Part shown: positions 48,174 to 56,736 of the stretch, one piece after another
Position numbering within the stretch: position 1 is the first letter of the stretch
Layout: every line of letters starts with the position of its first letter
NCBI GenBank assembly: GCA_027492035.1
Contig: JAOZFT010000035.1
Location: forward strand, 1 to 64,000
Direction of reading: 5' to 3'
Source: Thermoproteota archaeon
GTDB lineage: Archaea; Korarchaeota; JAOZGF01; JAOZFZ01
DNA length: 64,000 bases
The notes under the pieces: model-generated
Seen by the model: only the letters and a program-made list of their open reading frames with translations
Database searches by the model: none
What the model was told of the DNA's origin: nothing
Position numbers and translations under genes: made by a program

Positions 48174-49016
48174 TTAATTCCTTCTTAAGGTTGGAATTTT
48201 CTCTCTGTTTAAGTAGTTGTAATCTCTTGGCTCAAAATAAACTTTTATTTTTCCTTTTAGCCAGTCTCTGATCACTATTTTTGCCACTTCGCCAAGTTTT
48301 ACTTCTCCCCTTCCTGAAACTAACCCTCTTATTTTCCCAATCCCTTTCAGTATTTTTAAAGGTTCTTTCTCCTTTACTCCATACACCTCCTCGAACACCT
48401 TGCCTTTTTTCTTCATCAATTTTTTAATTAATTCAATAGCTGAAACAACGGGGTCAGTTATTTTTTCAGGTTCTATGCATCCTTTAAACACAGCTTCAAC
48501 TTCATTTTTCTCCCTATAAACTCCTGGTGTATCTAGAACCTTTAGCCAAGTAGAGGCTTTGATCAATGTGGATTTTTTTGTGAAACCAGGTTTAGGGGAG
48601 GTGCCAACTGAATGCTTCCCTTTTAAAATATTTATTATTGCTGATTTGCCTGTGTTGGGGTAACCTACAACTGCTGCTTTAACTGGTTTATTGCTGATTT
48701 TCTCTTTAGCTACTTTTTTAATTATGAACCATAGCTTCTTTGTTCCAAGTCTTTCTCTTGCACTGATGTAAACAGTTAGAAACTCTTTAGAAAAAACTCT
48801 TCTCCATTGTTCCAAAACGCTCCTTGGAACCAAATCCGATTTATTTATCACTATGACTATATTTTTACCTGATTTTAGAGCATATTTTTCGATTTCTTTG
48901 TTCCTTGTTCCTTCAGGGTTCCTTGCATCCACTACCTCCAAAACCAAGTCAGCTTCAGAAATAAGTTTCTTAACCTGTACCCATTTCCTTCTCTCAAAAA
49001 ACAAGGGAATTAACAC
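48174..49016 (-). CDS. Circularly permuted ribosome-biogenesis GTPase (YlqF/RbgA family)
   Basis: DARNP, NKSD (G4) before GYPNTGKS (G1), then DTPG (G3). Confidence 0.9.
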   Translation of the reverse strand: MLIPLFFERRKWVQVKKLISEADLVLEVVDARNPEGTRNKEIEKYALKSGKNIVIVINKSDLVPRSVLEQWRRVFSKEFLTVYISARERLGTKKLWFIIKKVAKEKISNKPVKAAVVGYPNTGKSAIINILKGKHSVGTSPKPGFTKKSTLIKASTWLKVLDTPGVYREKNEVEAVFKGCIEPEKITDPVVSAIELIKKLMKKKGKVFEEVYGVKEKEPLKILKGIGKIRGLVSGRGEVKLGEVAKIVIRDWLKGKIKVYFEPRDYNYLNREKIPTLRRN

Positions 49017-49152
49017 CTTCTAAAATTGAACTTGCTGGGAAAGGAATATATTTAAAAATTTTCCCGGTTTTTTATAGAATCTAGAAAATGTAACCTAAAA
49101 ATTTCTCCCTTTTCCCGGAAATAACTCGGGGAAAATTGGTAGTTTTTGGTAG

Positions 49153-49917
49153 GTGAGTGGGTTAGGAATGAAATGTCCTAATTGCGGTTTTGAAAACGCT
49201 GATAGCGCTAAGTTCTGTGGAAAATGTGGGTACCCTTTAACAAGTGGAGGAAAAGAACCTCCTACTCCTGAAACATCTGTTGTCTCAGCACCTACTTCTG
49301 CTTCACAGCCTCCCACTCTAACCCTTCCACAGACACAGCCTCAACTATCTACCTCTACGGCTCAAGCTATTCCTTCCTCATCTACGCATTTCGGTTTCAA
49401 AACATGCCCTAACTGTGGCTATATACTTCCACCGGAAGCTTTTTATTGTAGCGTATGTGGGACAGCACTCGAAAAAACCACTGAAAAAGTTGAAGAAGGA
49501 AAGGTTATTCCTGCCGGTGTGGAAAAATCAACTCTTTCGGATGAAGTTGGTAAACTGATTACTGAAAGAGAGAAGCTCATTGAGAAAAGGAAGAAATTAA
49601 GGGAACTTTTTGAAAAGAAAGAGGTTGATGAAGAACTTTATCTTAAACTCGACTCAGAATACTCTCAAAAACTAAACTCAGTTGTAAGTGAGCTGGACAG
49701 TAAAAAAGTTGCTGTGGACGTTAGGTTGGAGGAAGTGGAAAACATAATCCTTCAAAAGAAAAAAGAGATAGAAGAATTAAGGGTACGGATGAAACTTGGT
49801 GAAGTGCCTCAAGATGAATTCCTTAAAAAGAAAGAAGAAACTGAGAAATTGCTTAACACTTTAGAAAAGGAAAAATCAGTCCTTGAAAAATCAAGGGAAA
49901 TAATAAAAATAAGTTAA
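49153..49917 (+). CDS. Zinc-ribbon protein with C-terminal CdvA-like coiled coil
   Basis: Two CxxC-x10-CxxC ribbons separated by a P/S/T linker; helical domain with ELFEKKEVDEELY and LRVRMKLGEVPQDEF turns. Confidence 0.7.
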   Translation: MSGLGMKCPNCGFENADSAKFCGKCGYPLTSGGKEPPTPETSVVSAPTSASQPPTLTLPQTQPQLSTSTAQAIPSSSTHFGFKTCPNCGYILPPEAFYCSVCGTALEKTTEKVEEGKVIPAGVEKSTLSDEVGKLITEREKLIEKRKKLRELFEKKEVDEELYLKLDSEYSQKLNSVVSELDSKKVAVDVRLEEVENIILQKKKEIEELRVRMKLGEVPQDEFLKKKEETEKLLNTLEKEKSVLEKSREIIKIS

Positions 49918-50020
49918 AAAATTAAAAATTTTTAATCGAAGAAAAGAATAGGAAGGGGTAATTGTGTGTCCCTCTTTATTTTTAAAAAAGTCGAGGAAGG
50001 TTTTAGAGGTTTGAAATGAA

Positions 50021-50545
50021 ATGAGTGAAAATAGGCCTTTAGGAGTAACAATATTGGCTATATTGATGGCTATAGGTGGAATACTTGGCATAATAGGAGC
50101 TATCCAAATCCTAACTAATCCCTGGATAAGAATTGCTGCTGCACTAAGGGCAGTAAATATTGGGTTAATTTACTTTTCCCTTCTACTTTCTATAGTTGCT
50201 TTACCTATAGCTTACGGCTTCTGGACAGGCTTAACTTGGTCATGGTATGCAGGTTTAGCTGTGAGTGGTTTATCAGCAATTACAAACCTCCTACAATTAC
50301 CAGGTGGTATACTTGGGTTAATAATTGATGCAGTAGTAATTTACTATTTGCTTCAACCAAATGTTAAAGAATGGTTTAAGGTTATGGGTGGCCCTACGCT
50401 CCCGGAAATAAGTTTACAAGCTAAACCTTCAACTTCAGAACCGTCCTCAACCCCCCCTCCTGGAATGAAGTTCTGCGTAACTTGTAGAAGAGCTATCCCA
50501 TCCTCTAACGTGTACTGCCCATATTGTGGAGCCAAGCAACCTTAA
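50021..50545 (+). CDS. Four-TM membrane protein with C-terminal zinc ribbon
   Basis: RPLGVTILAIL...YYLLQPNVKEWF membrane domain, then CVTC...CPYCG. Confidence 0.8.
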   Translation: MSENRPLGVTILAILMAIGGILGIIGAIQILTNPWIRIAAALRAVNIGLIYFSLLLSIVALPIAYGFWTGLTWSWYAGLAVSGLSAITNLLQLPGGILGLIIDAVVIYYLLQPNVKEWFKVMGGPTLPEISLQAKPSTSEPSSTPPPGMKFCVTCRRAIPSSNVYCPYCGAKQP

Positions 50546-50923
50546 ATGAGAGGTGTTCAGCAAATGTCCCAGGTAAGTTTTCCCGTTGTGACAAAAAACA
50601 TCAATTATATGCTTATGAGGCTTGAGAAAAATTTAAGGTCTATGCCAGGCCTCCAAGTTATTAGGCAAGGAAACAGTGCGGTAGAGGTAACTGCAAGCGC
50701 ACTGGGTGGCTTGCTTAAATCAAAAGCAACAGTCACGCTGAACTTATCAGGAAACTACTATTTTGTTTCGATAACCAGTACTCCCTCTCCCTTGGGGGGT
50801 AATGAAGCCTTAAACTATGCAAATGTAGCTGTTCAAAGAGCATTTTCAACTAAGCAATGCAACAACTGCAAAAAATTCATTTTCTTAGACGATAAATACT
50901 GCATGTTCTGCGGCCAAAAATAA
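50546..50923 (+). CDS. Small alpha/beta protein with C-terminal zinc ribbon
   Basis: CNNC...CMFCG; probable start ATG 50564 after GAGGTG. Confidence 0.72.
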   Translation: MRGVQQMSQVSFPVVTKNINYMLMRLEKNLRSMPGLQVIRQGNSAVEVTASALGGLLKSKATVTLNLSGNYYFVSITSTPSPLGGNEALNYANVAVQRAFSTKQCNNCKKFIFLDDKYCMFCGQK

Positions 50924-50956
50924 CCCTTTTCTTTTCTCCCTTTCTTTAGAAAGGTT

Positions 50957-52702
50957 TTAAATTTTGAGGTGGGTTACCCACTTTATTTCTCTAAGATATT
51001 CTTTCGGTGCTTTAGTAGGTGAGTTAGTTAATAAATCTATTCCATCTTTGTTTTTTGGGAAAGCAATAACCTCTCTTATACTGTTTAAACCTAGTAACAC
51101 AGAAACCAACCTTTCTAAGCCTAAAGCTATTCCTCCATGTGGAGGAGCTCCGTATCTGAAAGATTCTAAGAGAAAGCCGTATCTTTCCATGTACTCATCC
51201 CTTTTTAAGCCGAGTAACTTAAATATTTTCTCTTGAATCTCTGCTTTATTGTTTCTTATGCTTCCTCCCCCAACCTCCCACCCATTCAAAACTAGGTCGT
51301 AAGCATCAGCTTCAACCTTTAAAGGGTTCTCTTCAAGTAATGCTTCCTCCCCCCTCTTCGGCGCCGTGAAAGGATGATGTGTTGGTTTAAGTTTTCCATC
51401 CTCTTGGCTCAATTCGAAAAGAGGGGGATTTATAATCCAGACAAACCTGTATTTTTCTTCATCCAACAAATCTAGGCTGTAGGCTATCACTCTCCTGGCT
51501 TCATTTAATGCTTTCAAAACGTTCTCTCTCTCCCCAAGTGCAAGGATGGATGTTGAATTTTCCATTTCTTTCCTTGGCGAACTGTCATTTTTACTTGTTC
51601 CAATAAATTCTTTTCTTTTCTCCCCTTCCTTGAATAAGTAAAGGTTTACTCTGTTTCTTTCAGCTATTTCCTTCAGTTTTTGATTCATTTTTCCAGTTTC
51701 TCTGTTTAATAATTCGTTAATTGTTTCTTTTTCTAGAACAATTTTTCCTCCTTCAACTGGTTCTTTAAATCTAACTATCTCTAGCCCTTTTATTCTCAAA
51801 TCAGGCTTGTCTGTTCCATACTTGTTTACTGATAAACTGTAACGTATTTTCTTGAAAGGTGTTTCAATTTTTACTTGCAAAGTTTCTTCAACCAATTGTT
51901 TCATCATCTCTTCCACTATTTCCATTAAATCCTGTGCTTCAATGAATGACATTTCTATGTCTAACTGTGTAAACTCGGGTTGCCTATCAGCTCTTAAATC
52001 TTCATCTCTGAAACATCTTGCAAATTGGTAGTATCTGTCGAATCCTGAAACCATCAAGAGCTGCTTATACAGTTGAGGACTTTGCGCTAAAGCATAAAAT
52101 TTTTTTGGGTGAAGTCTACTTGGTACAAGGAAGTCTCTGCTCCCCTCCGGTGTTGATTTAGCTAGGTAGGGGGTTTCAACTTCTACAAAACCTTTTAAAT
52201 CAAGATATTTCCTTAAAACCTTAACCACTTCGTTTTTAAACAAAATATTTCTTTGCATGAAAGGGGTTCTTAGGTCTAAGTACCTGTACCTAAGCCTTGT
52301 TTCTTCATGTGGATAAACCTCCTTTTTGAAACTCACGGGGAGTTTTTCAGCTTTGTTTAGAATTTTTAGTTCCAATATTTCTACTTCCACTTCACCTGTT
52401 TTCATTTCGGGATTTATTTGTGTTTCAGGTCTTTCTTTAACTTTCCCCTTTAATTGAATAACTGTTTCCTGAGTTATGTTCTTTAATTCTTTAAAGAAAG
52501 GATTCTTGTGATTCATCACTGCTTGGACAATCCCTGCTCTATCTCTTAAATTAATAAAAGCTAACTTGCCATGAACCCTTACACTGTCAACCCAGCCGCA
52601 AAGAACCACTTCTTTTCCAACTTCTTCCCTACTTAAATCTCCACACATGTGAGTGCGGTAACTTGTTCGGTAAACATGCTTTATTTCTACTTCAGGTTTC
52701 AT
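50957..52702 (-). CDS. aspS: Aspartate-tRNA ligase, bacterial type
   Basis: YRTHMCG, TPEGSRDFLVPSR, QSPQLYKQLLM, CFRDEDLRADRQPEFTQLD, HHPFT, GAPPHGG; 581 aa with a GAD-position insertion. Confidence 0.93.
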   Translation of the reverse strand: MKPEVEIKHVYRTSYRTHMCGDLSREEVGKEVVLCGWVDSVRVHGKLAFINLRDRAGIVQAVMNHKNPFFKELKNITQETVIQLKGKVKERPETQINPEMKTGEVEVEILELKILNKAEKLPVSFKKEVYPHEETRLRYRYLDLRTPFMQRNILFKNEVVKVLRKYLDLKGFVEVETPYLAKSTPEGSRDFLVPSRLHPKKFYALAQSPQLYKQLLMVSGFDRYYQFARCFRDEDLRADRQPEFTQLDIEMSFIEAQDLMEIVEEMMKQLVEETLQVKIETPFKKIRYSLSVNKYGTDKPDLRIKGLEIVRFKEPVEGGKIVLEKETINELLNRETGKMNQKLKEIAERNRVNLYLFKEGEKRKEFIGTSKNDSSPRKEMENSTSILALGERENVLKALNEARRVIAYSLDLLDEEKYRFVWIINPPLFELSQEDGKLKPTHHPFTAPKRGEEALLEENPLKVEADAYDLVLNGWEVGGGSIRNNKAEIQEKIFKLLGLKRDEYMERYGFLLESFRYGAPPHGGIALGLERLVSVLLGLNSIREVIAFPKNKDGIDLLTNSPTKAPKEYLREIKWVTHLKI

Positions 52703-52706
52703 TTCT

Positions 52707-54038
52707 CTAAATCCCTTCTCTCTTACTTTTCAGTTCTTTTTTGATCTCTATTGTTTCTTCTCTTCCGGGTCCCACAGAAATTATTTTTATTGGTAGATTC
52801 ACTCTTCTCTCTATTTCCTCGACATAGTTTTTAGCCTCTTGAGGCAAGGCATCGTAGCCCTTTTTAGCTATTTCTCTCCATTCCTCCCTACCTAAATCAC
52901 TCCACCCCTCTAACTCAACATATTTTGGTTTACACTTTTCTACCAGTTCAGTTGAAACAGGGAAGTTTTTAAGCTTTTTTCCGTTTAAATTATATGCCAC
53001 ACAAATTTTTAAGGGAGTTATGCCGCTTAAAACATCAAGCTTGGTTAAAGCTAACTCAGTTAATCCATTTACTCTTTTGGCATAGTTTAGGATCAAAATA
53101 TCAAGCCATCCACATCTTCTGGGTCTGCCTGTGGTTGTCCCATACTCCCCTCCTTTCTCCCTTATCAAATCCCCTGTTTCCTCCTTGAGTTCAGTTGGGA
53201 AAGGACCCCTCCCCACCCTCGTCGTGTAAGCCTTAGCTACACCTATAATCCTTTTTATTTTGTTGGGGCCAACCCCTGCTCCTGTACATGCTCCACCTGC
53301 TACTGCATTTGAAGAAGTAACATAAGGATATGTTCCGTGGTCAACGTCAAGTAAAGTCCCTTGTGCGCCTTCAAACAAAACCTTCTTACCTTGATCAAGT
53401 GCTTCGTTAATGATTAAGGAGTCATCTCCAACATACTTCTTCAATTTTTCACCATAATTAGTATATTCATTTAAGATTACGTTTTTGTATTTCTCTATTT
53501 CGTTTTTGTCCTTTATTGCTCCATACTCTATTAACCATTTCTTTTTAGCTTCCAGAACCTTAGAAATTTTTTCCTTGAATTTATTACTGACCAAATCCTC
53601 GATTCTAATGGCTTCAACTCTTTTCATTTTGTCTGAGTAAGTTGGCCCTATCCCCTTCCCTGTGGTGCCGATTTTTTCTTCCCCCTTCCTTTTTTCACTT
53701 GCTCTGTCAAAAACAGGGTGGTAAGGGAGTGTTACATGGGCTCTTAAACTCACTACTAAATCAGGTTCTATTCCCCTCCTCTCTAAAAACCTTATTTCCT
53801 CAATTAATTCCTGCGGGTTTATAACCATTCCTCCACTGCAAACAACTTTTTTACCTCTAACAGCGCCTGAGGGAATTAAGTGAAACTTAAAAACTTTGTT
53901 TTCAACTTTTACAGTGTGTCCAGCATTGCTTCCCCCGTTATATCTCACAACCATGTCAACTTTTTCAGCTAAAAAATCAACAATCTTCCCTTTACCTTCA
54001 TCTCCGAACTGTGCACCTACTACCACTATTCCAGGCAA
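52707..54038 (-). CDS. purA: Adenylosuccinate synthetase (long form)
   Basis: QFGDEGKGK, GGSNAGHT, IGTTGKGIGP, EGAQG, GTTTGRPRRCGW. Confidence 0.96.
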   Translation of the reverse strand: MPGIVVVGAQFGDEGKGKIVDFLAEKVDMVVRYNGGSNAGHTVKVENKVFKFHLIPSGAVRGKKVVCSGGMVINPQELIEEIRFLERRGIEPDLVVSLRAHVTLPYHPVFDRASEKRKGEEKIGTTGKGIGPTYSDKMKRVEAIRIEDLVSNKFKEKISKVLEAKKKWLIEYGAIKDKNEIEKYKNVILNEYTNYGEKLKKYVGDDSLIINEALDQGKKVLFEGAQGTLLDVDHGTYPYVTSSNAVAGGACTGAGVGPNKIKRIIGVAKAYTTRVGRGPFPTELKEETGDLIREKGGEYGTTTGRPRRCGWLDILILNYAKRVNGLTELALTKLDVLSGITPLKICVAYNLNGKKLKNFPVSTELVEKCKPKYVELEGWSDLGREEWREIAKKGYDALPQEAKNYVEEIERRVNLPIKIISVGPGREETIEIKKELKSKREGI

Positions 54039-54179
54039 AGAATCACCCCATGAAAAAGAAGACTGCTAAATTTTTTAAATATCCCCTTCACACTTTCTAC
54101 TTTTTAAAAAAGGAACAATAATTTTAAAAATAAAGAAAGCGCTCAATCAAATGAAATTTTTCCAAGGAAAGGGAAGATA

Positions 54180-54572
54180 ATGTCGGAACAACTTTTACAA
54201 ATTGAAAATATTTTGAAGAAACTCACTTCAGCAGGAACAAAAATAACAAGTTCTTTACTGGTTACTTCAGAAGGGCTACCTATGGCTGGAGCCATCCCTG
54301 GAGAATATGAACAGGAATCTTTAGGGGCTATGGCGGCATTAATGCTTTCCATGAGTGATGAAGTAGCAGAGGAGCTGCTTAAAAGCAAAAGCGAACTAAG
54401 TATTGTTATGAATAATAAAGGATATGTAGTTTCTTCCAGGATAAATGATGACTTATCCTTGTTAGTGACAGCTAAACCTGAAGCTAAGTTAGGTTTACTA
54501 ATTTACTTTCTTAAAAAAGCATCTAAAGAAATAAAGGAAGCACTTGAAACAAAATCTTTAACTCTAACTTAA
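54180..54572 (+). CDS. Roadblock/LC7 (MglB-like) protein
   Basis: SLLVTSEGLPM, LGAMAA, AKLGLL pattern; 130 aa. Confidence 0.88.
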   Translation: MSEQLLQIENILKKLTSAGTKITSSLLVTSEGLPMAGAIPGEYEQESLGAMAALMLSMSDEVAEELLKSKSELSIVMNNKGYVVSSRINDDLSLLVTAKPEAKLGLLIYFLKKASKEIKEALETKSLTLT

Positions 54573-54598
54573 AAGGGTTTTTGAGAGTTTAAGGATCT

Positions 54599-55240
54599 CT
54601 AGGAAAAAGTGGACTGTATAGCTAGTAGGACAGATGCTAGAAAGGCTTCAATGGTTCCCTTCGCCTGAGTAGCAACTGTTTCATAAACTAAATAATTTTC
54701 TAAACGAAGATTCTTTATTAGAAAATCTGATGGGTAAATATTCCATAAATCCCTTTTGTTTAACTGAACTACAACCGGTATTTTTTTGTTCAGTTTTTCA
54801 CCGAAAAACCTTTTTAATTCCTCTAAACTTCTTTTGTTTTCAATAAATTTTTCTCTTTGGCTGTCAATCACAAAAACAATTGTATCTGCCCCCTTCACAA
54901 CAGGTGCTCTTAAAGGAGCGTAGAAATCCTGTCCAGTAGCTGCCCAACCATGAACTCCTAAATTGAAATCTCCTAACCAAGTCAAGTCCAATTGTATGCC
55001 AAATTTTTCAAGTACAGAACTAAGAATTTCTCTATTTAATGAAAAGAACTGGTAATCATAATACAGTGTCCTGCCTCCAGAAGTAGATATACTTATTGTT
55101 TTCGTAGATGTACAGTTCCGGTTTATAGTTTGTAAGTACCTTTTCACTGCATATAAACTGGTTGTTTTCCCTGATTCTCCACACCCGTAATAAACTAGTT
55201 TTAAATGGATTTCATGCTTCTTTACGTCTATTTGAACCAA
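54599..55240 (-). CDS. mglA: MglA-family small GTPase
   Basis: KLVYYGCGESGKTT, RTLYYD, TGQ, KGADTIVFVIDSQ, NKRDL, TVA; start placed at TTG 55240 (MVQIDVKKHEIHLK), ORF track starts at 55285. Confidence 0.88.
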   Translation of the reverse strand: MVQIDVKKHEIHLKLVYYGCGESGKTTSLYAVKRYLQTINRNCTSTKTISISTSGGRTLYYDYQFFSLNREILSSVLEKFGIQLDLTWLGDFNLGVHGWAATGQDFYAPLRAPVVKGADTIVFVIDSQREKFIENKRSLEELKRFFGEKLNKKIPVVVQLNKRDLWNIYPSDFLIKNLRLENYLVYETVATQAKGTIEAFLASVLLAIQSTFS

Positions 55241-55730
55241 GTGTTCCACCGAGATGTTTAAGAGCTGACTGTAGATCCTTTCCAATCCCGAATTTTTCCT
55301 TTAAAAGCATCTCGGTCTCTTCGATTTTTTCTCTTCTTTCAATAAGTAACTTTCTAATTTGAGGCAAGCTGTTTTTAACAGTTAACCTTAATAAACCCAA
55401 ATTAACTTTAGGTAGGGTCTTTATGACTAAAAGGGAGCTTTCCTCTACATCATAAATAAAAATCTTGGATGTTTCAGTTTCAGCAAGTATCTGTTCAGGA
55501 TCAGGTTCATTCATTATTTCATGTTGAGCTATGTGAGCACCGAAAATACCTGCACATGCAGATGAGAAATTAGCTAAAAAATCTTCTCCTAAATTAAAAG
55601 GAGTTATAGCAGGCAGAACACCATCTTTCCTAATAATTACAGCGAAAACAATGCCTGGAATATCATTTAACTTACTTAGCAGCGCCTTTAACTTGTTTTC
55701 ATTTTCAATTAATTCTCTACCAAACTCCAA
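55212..55730 (-). CDS. Roadblock/LC7 (MglB-like) protein with C-terminal helical extension
   Basis: PGIVFAVIIRKDG, VNLGLLRL; directly upstream of and overlapping mglA. Confidence 0.85.
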   Translation of the reverse strand: MEFGRELIENENKLKALLSKLNDIPGIVFAVIIRKDGVLPAITPFNLGEDFLANFSSACAGIFGAHIAQHEIMNEPDPEQILAETETSKIFIYDVEESSLLVIKTLPKVNLGLLRLTVKNSLPQIRKLLIERREKIEETEMLLKEKFGIGKDLQSALKHLGGTLGSNRRKEA

Positions 55731-56214
55731 GAAGGAAACACCTCACACCCATATTCCCTAAAAACTTTTCAGAAAACTTCAACATTAAATTTATTGATTT
55801 TTAACCAAACAGTTTTCAAGCATTACTTTTGTTTCTTCTATTATATAAATTTTAAGGTTTCAATTCCGAAAATTTCAATTCAAAAATTGGCAAACCTGTT
55901 TTTTCTATAACTTTTCTTGTTTCCACTGTCTTCTTTTTTCTTTTTTAATGTGAAAAACTAGAAAATAAGTAAAGAATTCTTCTTTCTCCAGAATCTATGG
56001 TTATCTTCCCTGAAAAACATATTTTTAGGGGTAAAGGTGGAAAAGGAAATAAAAAAGGCTTTAACTCTTTTCTTCCAATGGAAAAGTTTGAAAGAGTAAT
56101 CATTTAAAAGAGGAATGTTTAAATATTTTTTAAACAAAGATTCTATTACCTTTCACATTCTTACTTCACCTTTTTTTAACGTTTTCCTTCCTTATTTGGG
56201 GACGGTGAAAGCAC

Positions 56215-56649
56215 GTGGATAGAAAAGTGAATTTGCAAATAAAATTGTCGAGTCCTTTCTTTTATGTAGGAAAAAACTTAAAAGGAGAGGTAGAAGTTGA
56301 ATGTGTTGGGGATATAGAGTTTGAGGAAATCAGATTAGAGTTTGAAGGCACCGAAAAAATCAATTTTCCATGTAGAGACTCTAATGTCTGTCCCTCCCCC
56401 ACTATCTTTTTGGCTTCCCAAATTTTTGAAACAAAGAGAAGAATAAAGGAGGGTAATAGAATAGTTTGTCCCTCCCAGATCAAAATACCTTTTGAACTTT
56501 TTATCCCCCCCTGGACTCCTCCAACTTATAGAGGAAAATACGTCCAAACAAATTATGTTTTGAGGGTTAAACTGATGAGGGAAGGGGTAACCTTATTTTC
56601 TAAAGAATTACCCATTAAAATTTTCCTTGCTCCCCCTGCAATAAGGTAA
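56215..56649 (+). CDS. Single-domain arrestin-N/Vps26/SpoOM-fold protein
   Basis: GKNLKGEVEV...IRLEFEGTE...IPFELFIP..TPPTYRG....NYVLRVKL pattern. Confidence 0.72.
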   Translation: MDRKVNLQIKLSSPFFYVGKNLKGEVEVECVGDIEFEEIRLEFEGTEKINFPCRDSNVCPSPTIFLASQIFETKRRIKEGNRIVCPSQIKIPFELFIPPWTPPTYRGKYVQTNYVLRVKLMREGVTLFSKELPIKIFLAPPAIR

Positions 56650-56736
56650 TAAAGGGTTTAAAAATTAAAAATAAAACTAAGTGGAGTCCGAAAACATATT
56701 CCCTATTATTAACTTTTTTAAGAGAGGCCTAAAAAA

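Noticed and set aside
49110-49135. Imperfect inverted repeat upstream of the zinc-ribbon operon
   Set aside because: Mismatched and low complexity; cannot be told from chance
55997-56107. 36-codon ORF in the roadblock-arrestin intergenic region
   Set aside because: No ribosome-binding site or motif; likely spurious
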